64,000 bases of DNA, from contig NC_067398.1 in the NCBI RefSeq assembly GCF_016432865.1, positions 657,572,001 through 657,636,000 of the forward strand, written 5' to 3'. Source of the stretch: Antechinus flavipes (lineage: Eukaryota). The first letter of the stretch is position 1; the number at the start of each line of letters is the position of its first letter. Below the pieces are notes generated by a model. That model was given only the letters and a program-made list of their open reading frames with translations. It was not told the origin of the DNA and made no database searches. Both the position numbers and the translations under genes were made by a program. This document shows, in pieces, positions 27,001-40,500 of the stretch.

Positions 27001-28849
27001 CTACCCTCATCAGCAGGAGGGGTGGGAAGCAGTAGAGCACTCATAAAAGCCAAGAAGGGGATGAAGTCAGAAGAGCCCAGAAGAAGGGGAGGGGGCTCAC
27101 AGAATTACAGAATTGGAAGGGACCTCGAAAAGCCTATTTTTCAACCCCACACAAAGAAGAACCCCATCATACTAAACATGTGGTACTACAGCCTCTGTTT
27201 GAAGACCTCCAATGTGCAGGAACGCACTATTTCTTGAGGTGTCCATTCCAATTTGGAACAATTCTAATTGTAAGGAAGGTTTTTGGGTTTGTTTGTTTTT
27301 TAACAGAGATTAAAAAACTAAAATGTCTCTTTGTCACTTGCACTCATTGCTTTGGGGTTCCCGTTTCTACCTACTAGCCCCAAAGGGCCTCGGGGTATAG
27401 CAGGAAGTTTAAGGACCCCAGGGATTTAGGCCTCAACCCCAAGGCCAGGAGAAACCCCAGCTGTCCAAAAATCCCAGCCTCCCTTCCCAAAGGCTAAGAG
27501 GGGGCAAACCAGGAGTATCTGACTCCTTCACCCCCCCAAAACCCCAAAAGGTTCCTTCCTTAAGCTCAGAGCCTTCCTGGAGCCTGGGGCAGGAAGCTGT
27601 TGGGGAGAAAGGGGAAGAGGAAGGAAGGGTCTGGGGCAGCAAGGGGAAAAGGGGACAGAAACTGGGGGAGAGCCTTGTAGGAACAGCAAAAGCTCTGAAG
27701 ATACAGTGACCTCTTTCCTGAGCCTGAGACCAATTACCTCAGCTGGAAATTACAGGCTTCTGGGGGTTTGTGGGAATGTGTGTGTGTAGTAGGGATAGGG
27801 ATTGGGGTGGCAAGCATCCAGGGAGAAGGACCCTGAGGAAGCTAGGAGTCCAGCCAGGATGCCCCTGCAGGGAAGGGAAGATGCATCCTCCTGTTATCTC
27901 CCACTGGTCAAGGGGGACTCATCACCCTCCATCCCTCATCTCAATTCCCCTAACCTCAACAATGGGGGCTTCAATCCTATGAGCCTTCTCCCAGAATCCC
28001 CAGCAATGGGGGATTCCAACCCAGGCAGATTAGATGCTCTAATAGGACTCAGAGCTGGAAGGGACCATGCAGACCATTTAACACCCTTACAGGTGGGAAT
28101 TGAGATCCAAAGAGAGAAGAAAAATAATGACTAAAATCATATAATTTAGTAAGTGGCAGAGCTGGGAACTGAATTCAGGACTTCTGGTTCTAAACCCATC
28201 AGTCTGAAACTCTTTAGACTATACCACTATCCCCCCTCCACCCTCTGGCACCCCTTTCCTCTCAAGCTGCACTCCACATTTATCACAATGATTTCCATCT
28301 CATCCTCCAAGCTTTTCCTCTACTGAAAGGGTATCTCTGTGACCCTAACCAAACCCCAACCCAAAAGCCACCCCCCAGACATGGGGACTTCAGCTCTAAG
28401 TGGGGCTGAACCCCACTAAGCCCTTCAAAGGGACTGCATTGGAGAAAAGGGGCTTTAAGACCACAGCCCCTGCAGCTTGGGACCCCACATTCTGAGGTTT
28501 CTGAGCCTATAAATAACCACTCAGACACTGCCCTCACCCTGGGGGTACAAGCCTGGCATCTGGGAGTCCCCGGCCCTCCCTGACCTGAATCCTCAGGTAA
28601 CTCTGAGCTGACTGGGGCTCCCCCAGCACAGTGGTTAGGACTCACCTGAGACATTTGGGGGCGCAGGTTGATCTCTCGAAGATTGACCGCATGGGGCAGT
28701 AAGTTGTTGAGCAGCTGACACAGGAGGACGCCATCACGGAGGGCCTGAGCAAGCTCGCAGACCTGGGCCCCGTCCCACGTCACCCGGTGGTTGGGGGGCA
28801 GCACCCGGCACTGGATAAGCCAGTGGGCACACTGGCGCCACAACTCCAT
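70..28849 (-). CDS. VAV1: Proto-oncogene Vav1 guanine nucleotide exchange factor, exons 1-17 (CH, acidic, DH, PH, C1); 3' part lies outside the window
   Basis: Spliced CDS, all GT-AG, frame continuous: 28646-28849, 16546-16662, 15503-15561, 15164-15232, 14785-14893, 14566-14661, 14407-14475, 10452-10555, 8943-9042, 3000-3095, 2667-2735, 2260-2346, 2063-2148, 1331-1463, 1017-1126, 523-624, 70-167. Translates [19 protein letters not shown]..., acidic tyrosines [38 protein letters not shown]1 HDFQMFSF...CKAC...CHRC...HKEC. Confidence 0.97.
3369..3544. mobile_element. hAT (Charlie/MER5-like) MITE
   Basis: Degenerate 14-bp TIRs (CAGAGGTGTCAAAC-like, 9/14 match) flanked by 8-bp GTCTAGAC/GTCTAGAT, the NTCTAGAN target typical of Charlie elements. 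Confidence 0.55.
5720..6330 (+). mobile_element. L2 LINE 3' fragment
   Basis: Degenerate YHLYADDSQIY region at about 5738-5770 and an L2/MIR-type tail (AAGCACTTAATAAATACTTGTTGA) at about 6308-6330. Confidence 0.6.
6640..7080 (+). mobile_element. Marsupial L1 3' UTR fragment
   Basis: Shares the G-rich tract, AACACAAGGTTTTGCAAGG and AATAAA-A tail with the copies at 21.6, 22.2, 24.2 and 30.2 kb. Confidence 0.65.
9055..10172. mobile_element. hAT-Blackjack (MER63-like) MITE split by an L1 insertion
   Basis: Left end GGTAAATGTTTAACAACCAGCTCTC, right end CAATCAGTTCTCAAGAG...CCTAGCACATCC; collinear with the uninterrupted copy at 56770-56960 once the L1 is removed. Confidence 0.55.
9119..10017 (+). 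mobile_element. Young 5'-truncated L1 (ORF2 C-terminus, 3' UTR, A tail) with a 14-bp TSD
   Basis: Open ORF2 end 9131-9613 ([16 protein letters not shown]...); identical AAAGTTTAATCTGT at 9119-9132 and 10004-10017; TTTTTT/AA endonuclease-type site. Confidence 0.9.
13075..13210 (-). mobile_element. WSINE1-like CORE-SINE
   Basis: Reverse complement of GGG-AGCTA...GAGTTAAAATCTGGTCTCAGACACTT...GGGCAAGTCACTT. Confidence 0.7.
13600..14100 (-). mobile_element. L1 ORF2 internal fragment
   Basis: Typical antisense L1 ORF2 sequence (TTTTCCCAGCAATTTTTGTCAAATAA, TTCCACTGATCCACTACTCTATTT). Confidence 0.75.
16740..16960 (+). mobile_element. Old L1 ORF2 3' fragment next to the VAV1 exon 2 acceptor
   Basis: [14 protein letters not shown]-like degenerate ORF2 C-terminus, similar to the 9.4 kb L1 segment. 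Confidence 0.55.
17708..17893 (+). mobile_element. WSINE1-like CORE-SINE with TSD
   Basis: GGGGCAGCTAG...GAGTTCAAAT...GGGCAAGTCACTTAACCCC, AAAT/GAAT tail; TSD AAAAACAGAC(C/T)ATA at about 17694 and 17880. Confidence 0.85.
18383..18525 (+). mobile_element. WSINE1-like CORE-SINE inserted in an L2 remnant
   Basis: Same consensus as the 17.7 kb copy; flanking ACAACCTA repeats. Confidence 0.8.
19310..19700 (+). repeat. About 390-bp polypurine (GA/GAG/GAA) low-complexity tract
   Basis: Almost pure A/G on the plus strand, with GAGA, GAGGAG and GAAGAA runs. Confidence 0.95.
21590..21760 (-). mobile_element. L1 3' end fragment
   Basis: Reverse complement of the L1 terminal segment (CCCTTGCAAAACC..., TTTTATTTTCAAAACATATGC). 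Confidence 0.65.
21991..22121 (-). mobile_element. WSINE1-like CORE-SINE
   Basis: Near-consensus reverse complement ending TCTAGCTGCCC. Confidence 0.85.
22170..22520 (+). mobile_element. L1 3' UTR fragment
   Basis: Homologous to 6700-7080, with a terminal AATAAAAAGC and A tail. Confidence 0.7.
24150..24430 (-). mobile_element. L1 3' UTR fragment
   Basis: Reverse complement of the same L1 terminal family. Confidence 0.6.
24461..24645. mobile_element. hAT-type MITE, copy 1 of 2
   Basis: TIR-like CAGGGCTTTTTAAA ends with CTAGGC-containing 8-bp flanks; inverted homolog at 53748-53926. Confidence 0.55.
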
Positions 28850-28940
28850 GGTGGCCCCCCAACCTGGCCCAGGCAGACCCCAAGGCCCAGACTGCTAGTC
28901 TCGCCGCCCAGACACCACTCACTCTCTGAGGCCTAAAGTA

Positions 28941-28954
28941 CCACTTCCTCTTCT
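28941..28954 (-). promoter_or_regulatory. PU.1/ETS box in the VAV1 proximal promoter
   Basis: Minus strand AGAAGAGGAAGTGG about 95 bp upstream of the VAV1 ATG; matches the purine-rich PU box and fits haematopoietic expression of VAV1. Confidence 0.65.
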
Positions 28955-29873
28955 CTGCCAGTTACAAAGATGTTAAGTCCCGGAGGAGGGGCCTCCGGTT
29001 GGGGGAGTGAAAAGGAGCACCCCCAGAGGAGGAGGAGGAGCCCTGAGCACCTGGTCATTAGTGCCCAGTTCTGTAAGGCCCAGTTCAGTCTCACCTCCCC
29101 AGGGGAGGCTGGAAAAATGGGACACAGAAATGAGCAGGTCTGGAGCTCAGTTCTCTGCCACCAAGTCCTCTCTCAGCCTCAATTACCTCATCTATTCAAA
29201 TGACTGAGATGGAAGCATCTTCCTGGTTGTATGCTGAATATGAACTGAGATTCTTTCTGATGGGGCAGAGTTTCCTAACCTTGGGCCCCCAATCATCCCT
29301 GTTCAGAATTGGGGGAAGAAGGATAACTGAAATGGAGCCCTCCTTCCTGTCCTTAAGAAGCACTACAGGACTGAGGAATGGAAAAAGAGAAATCAGGGAG
29401 TTCTAATTTCTCTTCCCCATCATTTCTTAGGGTCTCTGAGAAGGACCCAAGGAAGGATGGTTAAAAGAGAGGTTTGCATTAGGAAGCCATCGCCAGCTCA
29501 CTATCCATTTTCATTTCTTTCTCCTGGGGGAAAAAAAGGATCTAACTTCACGGTCCACCACCACTCCTCCTTACTTCTGTTTAGGGACATGATATTAAAA
29601 AATTGCAAATATATGCAAATGGACAGTCTCTGAAACTGGTCTTGGGCAAACACTTAGTTTGGATTCAAGGCCATAGGGTTGGAAGAGAGAAGGGAGGCGA
29701 GGGAATCAGATCTCAGCTGTATCTGGGAAGAAATCATCAGAATTTAGAGCTGAAAGGACCTCAGAAATCATATCCAACCTCTTCATTTTCAAGTGAAGAA
29801 ACTGAGGCCGAGGGAAGTTTCTCTTTTTTTCTTGCATATCCAAGTGACACATAGTAGGCACTTAATAAATGCC

Positions 29874-30019
29874 TTTTTTTTTTTTTTGCTGAGGCGATTG
29901 GGATTAAGTGACTTGCCCAGGGTCACGCAGCTAGGAAGTGTTAAGTGTCTGAGATTAAATTTGAACTCAGGTCCTCCTGACTCTGGGGCTGGTGCTCATT
30001 GTGCTTCCTAAGCTGCCCC
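29874..30019 (-). mobile_element. WSINE1-like CORE-SINE between the VAV1 and SH2D3A promoters
   Basis: Poly-T followed by the near-consensus reverse complement ending AGCTGCCCC. Confidence 0.85.
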
Positions 30020-30064
30020 TAAATGTATCTTTTTTTTTTTTTTTTAATTAAATGCTTTAGGGAA

Positions 30065-30385
30065 AGAAGGAGGGAGTCCAACCAAATTCCTTTTATGACA
30101 TAGATAAGGTGCTGATACCAAAACCAGGTGGGGTCAAAACAGAGAAAGAAAATTATAGACCAATTTTCCTAATGAATATTGATACAAAAAACCTTAAATA
30201 AAAAGTAAATTTTCCTAATATGTGTAGAAGAATTACACGTGTTTAACATATATTAGTTGCTGCCTAGGGGAGGAAAGGGAATGGAAAAATTTGGAACACA
30301 AGGTTTTGCAAAGATGAATGTTGAAAACTATCTTTACATATATTTTGATAATGAAAAGCTATTATTTAAAAACAAAAACAATTTT
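30065..30385 (+). mobile_element. L1 RT fragment fused to an L1 3' terminus
   Basis: [43 protein letters not shown] (ORF2 RT start), directly followed by the L1 terminal UTR and A tail. Confidence 0.7.
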
Positions 30386-30759
30386 TTCTAGATGAAATTT
30401 CTCTCCTCTCCATGTAGAAATGCGTCGTTCGGTAGGTTATCAAGGTCTAGGGACTCCCATGATTTTAGGCAAGTCTTCGAGGGTGAGACTCCATGGGGCT
30501 GGGACTTTATATCCCCCAGGTTATCAGGAAACTGTATCCAGGGAACAAGGGGATTAAAGAGGCAAGTTTGTCTTCTCTTAGGGAAAACAAGCTGGGAATA
30601 TGAAAAAAGAAGCTTCATCGGGACATTCTGGTCTAGTTCAGCTGGCCAGTCATCTTAAGCAACAGCAGTGACTTGATACTGAATTCTTGAAAATCATTCA
30701 TAACTATTTAAACTGAATGCTTCGAATTGATTAAGCAACTTCATCAAGTCCACTTGGTG

Positions 30760-31320
30760 GAGATGAAACCCGGGGCGCACCCTCGGATTTCCAAGCGGGC
30801 GCTTCATTCTTCCCCGTCCCAGCTCACCTGCTCACTAGCCGCCGCCCCCCTTAGAAATCGAGGCATTTCCCAGGCACCCCTTCCCGGACGCGTCCCTCCC
30901 CCCACGGCCGGAAAAAATTTCTGTACCAGAAAGGGGAGGTTTAGGGGTGGGAAAGGAAGACGAGGGGATGATTCAAGTTAACGCAGCTCAGGGCTCCGCC
31001 CCTCCGCAGCGCCCCTCCTACTGGGAGGAAACCAGGGGGCGTGGCGAGGTGATTCCGGCCGGAGCCAGCGCGGTTCCCTCCGTGGGCGGGGCCGGGTGCC
31101 GGCGGAGGAGGGCTGCGCCGGGCCGAGGAAGCTCCGGCTTGGAATAGCTGCGCCAGCCTTAAACACCCCTCCAGGTGAGATCCCAGCGTTCCGGGCCGAG
31201 GCTGGGGCGGGGCCCCGTCTGGGGCGGGGCCAGGCCGGGGCGGGGCCAGGATGGGGCGGGGCCAGGTGCATTCTTCTTTGGAAGGGCAGCGCCTGACTTA
31301 AACCTCTGCAGGTGAGGGGG
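30760..31320 (+). promoter_or_regulatory. CpG island / GC-box promoter of SH2D3A, head-to-head with VAV1
   Basis: High CpG density; four GGGGCGGGGC Sp/KLF boxes at 31204-31263 (also G4-compatible); candidate non-coding exon donors at 31175 and 31312; first coding exon acceptor at 32650. Confidence 0.7.
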
Positions 31321-32659
31321 GTTCTGGGCACAGGTTGGGGCCGTAGGTGATGCCGGCCCAGGTGCAGAACTGAGGCGCTCGGACTTGAAACAGCTGCACC
31401 TGACTTGAGCCCCTCCAGGTGGGTTCCTTAGGCTCTGGGCAGAGGTGTGGGGGTGTGGAGGGCTTGTTGCCAAAGCTCCTCGACTTTGTACCTGCAGGGT
31501 TGAAGGGGACGGGAAATCGCGGTCACTTGTTGCTGGAGACATCCGTTCTCATGCGTACCTCTAGTACATAGAAACTTCCACTCATCCGCCCCTTCCTCCC
31601 CACATTTACACTCGGGGACTTTCTGCAGGGGGGGTGAGGGGATGTTGAGGCTTGGGGTCATGAATTAGGAGAAAGTGGCTGGAAAGGATTCCTTCCCCTT
31701 GTTCTGTCCCCGGAACTTCCTTCTGCTCCTCTCCACCATCCCCGCCCCCCCATCCCTCTTGACTCAGGCCGCTGGAATCCCAGGTACAGTCATAACTCCA
31801 ACTCCACGCCCTAAGGTCCTGAATTCTCCCTACCCTCCGGCACAGTAGAATACTGGGGAAACGTCTCCCTTCCCTTCGTTTCCTCTCCCAAATTGTACTC
31901 TGCCCTCCAACATGACTGAGAGTTGAGTCCTGAGTTCTATCTAAAATCAGCGTTAACTCTGTAGAACCCTAGACAAATAACATTCCTCTCTCTGAAGGAA
32001 GGAAATAAGCATTTATTAAGCCACCGACTCTGTGTCAGGCACTGTTAAACTTTTTGAATCGTCACAACTCTGAGAGGGACCGTCCACTTTACAGATGAGG
32101 AAACTGAGGCAGACAGAACTTAAGTGACTGACTTGTCAATGGTTACACTGCTGCTGTGTGTCTGAGGCTGAATTTGAATTCGGGTCTTCCTGCTTCTCAA
32201 AGTCTAGCCCTTTGTCCCCCCGCCCACTTAGCACTGGAACTAGATGACCCCCTCTTAAGATTCCTTTGGTCTCTGGCATTTGGCGTTCTCTGTTCTTATG
32301 CCCCCTTCCAGTTCTGACATTCTAAGGTCCCATCATGCTCTTATTTAAGGGTATTAATTGCAGGGAAATGACTTTGTAAACTTTGGGGCTTTGTATACAT
32401 GTAGCATTGTTATTTTTTAAAGGCCTTTCCAACTCTGGGATGTTTTGATTGCTCCTCATGCTTCCTTCACCACGTGGCCTGGGTTTTTTTTTAGAACAGA
32501 TGAAGAAACTGGGATCCCCTAGGAGGTAAAAAACTTGGTCAAGTTATCCCGGCCAAGTTAGGGTCAGATGCTAGGTCTCCTAACTCCCAGTCCTGATGCT
32601 GTCCCCCTCAATGATCCCTGTCCCCTATTTTGTGTTTTCCATGGGCCCAGGAGCTGCGG

Positions 32660-36448
<3,789 letters not shown>

Positions 36449-37122
36449 AGTCACCTGGGTTGGCCGGAACTCCCCTTGGACCACAAGCCTCCTGGGAAGA
36501 TGGAAGTCTTCTGCCCCTGCTCCCCAGTCTGACTAATGCTAGCTGGGCCGGTGTGAGCCCTGCCCCCCTGGCCCACACCTGGAGAAGTGAGGGCCTCCAG
36601 AGCAAGGGACAACAATTGAGCCCTCATTCCCAGTTCCTCTCCCCGCTCCTGGGACCTGGAAGTGCCCCCGGCCTCTCGCTGCCCTTCCAGAACCTGAGAG
36701 GCTTCTGGGAGAGGCATTCACTACCTCGCAGAAGTTGTTGCTGCCCCTTAAGTCGGATCTGCTGCTTTGGATCAGCTCTTCACCCGAAGCAAACCTTGTT
36801 TTCCTTCCACTGGGGGAAGGGGACATTGCTAGGAGCCTCCCCGCCCCCCCCCCCCATCCCCTCTTGGATAAGCTCCTTATGCTCACAAAGTGGGAACTTG
36901 CCATATCCCTTCCCACAAGTCACAGGGATCAGATCAATAATGTCTGAGGCACGCGCAGACCCAGATGGGACACGGAGGCTCCCTTCCAGGGCTGCAGAGC
37001 TAGGGTGGGCAGGGGAAGGGACAGAGGAGGCCTTTGTGGTGGCCCCGCTGTGGGGACAGGTGGGTGAGGACACAGTGGGCTGGGGGAGGGTCCGGTGACA
37101 CAGGCCGCCCACCCAAACCCTA

Positions 37123-37128
37123 AATAAA
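37123..37128 (+). terminator. Candidate SH2D3A poly(A) signal (AATAAA)
   Basis: First AATAAA I found downstream of the SH2D3A stop, followed by a U/GU-rich tract at 37168-37188. Confidence 0.55.
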
Positions 37129-37157
37129 GCTCCAAGTCAGGGGCTGCACACAGTCCA

Positions 37158-37163
37158 TTTATA
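37158..37163 (-). terminator. Candidate TRIP10 poly(A) signal (TATAAA variant)
   Basis: Minus strand TTGTATAAATGG about 350 nt after the TRIP10 stop, preceded by an A-rich tract; I saw no minus-strand AATAAA between the two stop codons. Confidence 0.45.
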
Positions 37164-37339
37164 CAAGTTTTTGTTTTGTTGTTTTTTAAAAAAAAAACTG
37201 CACTTGCCGGAGCACAAGTATGTACATCGAGTGTAGGAGGCACAGTGGGGCTGGGCCCGGCAGCAGGGGTTACACAGGCCCCAGCTAGGAACTCTGGGCT
37301 GAGGAGCATGGGGGGAGCGGAAGCCTAGGCCACCCCGGG

Positions 37340-37345
37340 AATAAA
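37340..37345 (+). terminator. Possible distal SH2D3A poly(A) signal inside the TRIP10 3' UTR
   Basis: Second plus-strand AATAAA followed by a GT-rich sequence. Confidence 0.3.
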
Positions 37346-37509
37346 GTGCATACATGGTGTGGAGTGAGGGGCAGCCAGGCCCAGCCCCACTCCCGGCCCC
37401 CTGGGCAGGGTCCTAAAGCAGCAACAGCCAGGCCCTAGGAGGAAAGGAGGGGGCAGGGCGGACTGCCCGTCGGCGGTCCCTCTACCCACCCCCCAGATGG
37501 CAAAAGGGT

Positions 37510-40500
37510 TCAGCTAGGGGTGACTCGAAGGTAGGAGGTGGGCACATAGCCCTCACCCCCTTGTTTCCGCCGGACTCTCGTCCACCCGTCGCCTTTATCT
37601 TCCTCCATTAGGCACAGATCCTCTCCTTCGTCCATGGAGATCGTGCCCTCACTCGAGCCTGATGGGAAATGGGGACAAAGCCTGAGGAGGGGCCAAAAAG
37701 CAGAGGACCCCAGGCTGGGAGTGACTTCCCCCTGCGGGCCAATCCCAAGGTCCCGGAATCCAGATGGAAGGGACTGTGGAGATGGGACCGTTTGTAGATA
37801 AGGCCTAGAAAGCACTAGCTCAGGATCCCGTCAGCACCAGGTGGCAGAGACCAGGCTCTCCCCGGGCGCTGGCTCCAAAGCCAGGGCTCCCTCTGCGCCA
37901 GGCGGCGGTTCTCCTGGAAGGACCCAGGGTCCAGGGGGGAAGCCCTGCAAGGAGGGTTCCCGACCATCCCCTCCTTCCTTCTCACCTTCAAACTGGTAGA
38001 TGGCAACACAGTGACCGATGGGGAAGGCTGGCTCCTCCTCAAAGTCCTCCTCAAACTCGGTGTAGATGGAGGTGTCCGTTCCCTCGTCTGAGGGGGGGGC
38101 CTCCGGGCTGAGGGCAGGAGTGGGGAGTGAACCTTCACCGTGCCCGCCCCCGCCACTGCTCCCCACTGTAGCCCCCTCTCCCCGCCTGCCTCCCTGCCGA
38201 GCGCTGCCGCCCCGTTACCCGGGCTGCACGTCCTATCTCTCGCGTGTTTTTCTCTCTTCCCGAAGGCCTCCATCTTCCCTCCCATCTCCCTCCGTCCCGT
38301 CCCTCCAGCTAGGGCCCTTCTCCAACATAGCAGATGTCACCCCTCCCCCCTCGGCCCCAGCCCCTCACCTCTCCTTGTCAGAAGAACAGTTATTTGTGTC
38401 GGGGGGAGCCCCAGAGGGAGGTTCTGGGGGGCGACTGTGCCGGCCCAGGCTATCGCTGCGGTTACCCAGGACTCTGTTCTCGGCCTCGGCCAGCCATGTC
38501 TAAAGAGCAAAGCGAAGAGCGTTTGGGAAGGGCTGCCTGGCCGTGCCCCCCGCGCCTCATCTCCCACCACCCTCGGAGCCGAGCCGGGAGGTTTCCTGAG
38601 GTCACTCCGCTGCCTGCCTAGGCCATGATGGGAAACAGCTGGAGCCCCCCCTCCCCCAGTGACTCAGCGGGGCCGGTGGCCAGGTCCCAGACGGGAGCCG
38701 CTCACCTCATACTTCTGGATCTCCAGCTTCAGCCGCTCGATGTTGCCCAGGGTCTCCGAGATGCGGGGCTCCAGGCTGGCAGGGTCACCCATCTGCGGCG
38801 TCTTCTCGTAAACGTCCTTCATCTTCTTCAGAGCCTCCCTAGCAAGCGAGGGAAGGCGGGTTCCTCAGCCTGCCCAGCTCTCTCCCTCAGCACAAGGGGA
38901 CTGGGAGGGCTTCTGGTCCCACCCCAGCCCCAGCAGGCTGCCCCCAAAGTGGCTGCGAGGCCCCCGGCGACGGGGAGCTCCCTCCCTCCGCCAGGCAACC
39001 CAACTGTGTAATTCTAATTGAGCAAATCTTACGTAAAGCAGCCATTTGGCCCCATGCCCCCGGCCCTCCAAGCTCTTTCCATTTCAGCCAAGCAGAGCAA
39101 ATATAAAAAGAAAATGGCCAGGCCCGAGGGAGCCGGTGCTGGGAGGGCGTCTCTGCTGCTGGCATGACCTTGGCAGGCCCCTGCCCGCCCCGGCCTCCCT
39201 GCCCGCATCCTCTGGAGAGTGAGAGGTCGGCCCGGGTGCCCCCAATGCCCCCCTCTTCACCTTTGATCGATCTCCTTCTGCAGCTCCCGCCCTCGCTCTT
39301 CCAATTGCTGTTTCAACTTTTTTCTCCGTTGCTCAGGGGGCAGGTGGCTGAAATCCTCCGTGGCCACTGTCTATGAGGAAAAATAGAAGGAGGTTCAACC
39401 TTCTCCCAATGCCCCCCAGCCCAGCAGCCCAAGGCAAAGCCACGTGACCGGTGGGGCTGACGCTCAGCCCTTGACCCCTCCTAATGAAACCCTAAGTGGG
39501 CAGTGGGGAGACAGGGGTGAGAGGAGGGTGATCAGGGTGGAGCTGCCTGGCGCCCAGCCGTCTTGACCCACCCCTTCCCTTACCAGTGTGGGGAGGGGGG
39601 GGCTCGTCGCCTCAGCACCCTGAGGCCCTCCCCAAGGGGCCGAGGGCCCACTTACCCCTCGACTTCGGAGGCTGCGGAAGGAGGCTATCCGGGGCTTGAC
39701 TGACTTACTGATCTCACTCAGTAAGGCCAGGGGGTCCCGGCCGAAGCGAGGGGATGGGGGTCCGTTAGCGTACGCCGAGGGAGGGGGGCCCCCCAGGGGG
39801 GACAGGGGTGGAGGGGGCAGCTACAGGCGGGGGAGGAGGGGCAAGGGACAGGGTATGGGATGGGGGTGGTCAAGAGCAGGGATGGATGGACAGACAAACA
39901 CACAAAAAAGGAAAAAAAGAAACACAAAATGGAGAAAAAAAACGGTAAGAAAACTGGGACACACATACACACGGGGACACAAAACATGCACATTCCAGAG
40001 AGCAACACAAAATACGGAGCGAGGGCTGGGGGGACAAGAAGACAAGGCCGAGAGCTCCCAGGAGCCCCAGAACACCCGACTGTTTACCAAGCCTCCCTTC
40101 ATCCAGCAAGGAATCCTGGTCCCCTGCTCTCCCCTACTCCAGCCCCCTGTCTCAGGCCTTGTCTTCCCTAGTCCACACATGCAGAAGGAGCAGATCCAGG
40201 ACAGGCAAGAGGTGGCAGGTCAAAGATTAAATCCCTTGGGATCAAAGGTCACCCTCAGGATCTGGGAGCTGGGGGCTAGGTCAGAGGCAGGAGAACCTGG
40301 AGGTAGCACTGGGGAGAGCCCTGGAGGAGTGGGCCTGGGGCCAGGTCAGTGGGAAAGGAAAGTTTGGCCTCCAACCACCGCCCCCCCATGAAGTGATGTC
40401 CCCAAGAATGAGAGAAGGAACAGTGAACAGCTTCCCCTGCGAGCCCACTTCCCCATCTCCCCCACACACACACAGCCCCCCACACACACTCTCACACACC

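Noticed and set aside
32641-32659. ATG at 32641 as the SH2D3A start
   Set aside because: It lies before the acceptor AG at 32649-32650 and is out of frame with the SH2 reading frame.
39551-39580. WVKT-like sequence as a homolog of the FNBP1L WSVKM microexon
   Set aside because: No upstream pyrimidine tract or AG and no downstream GT.
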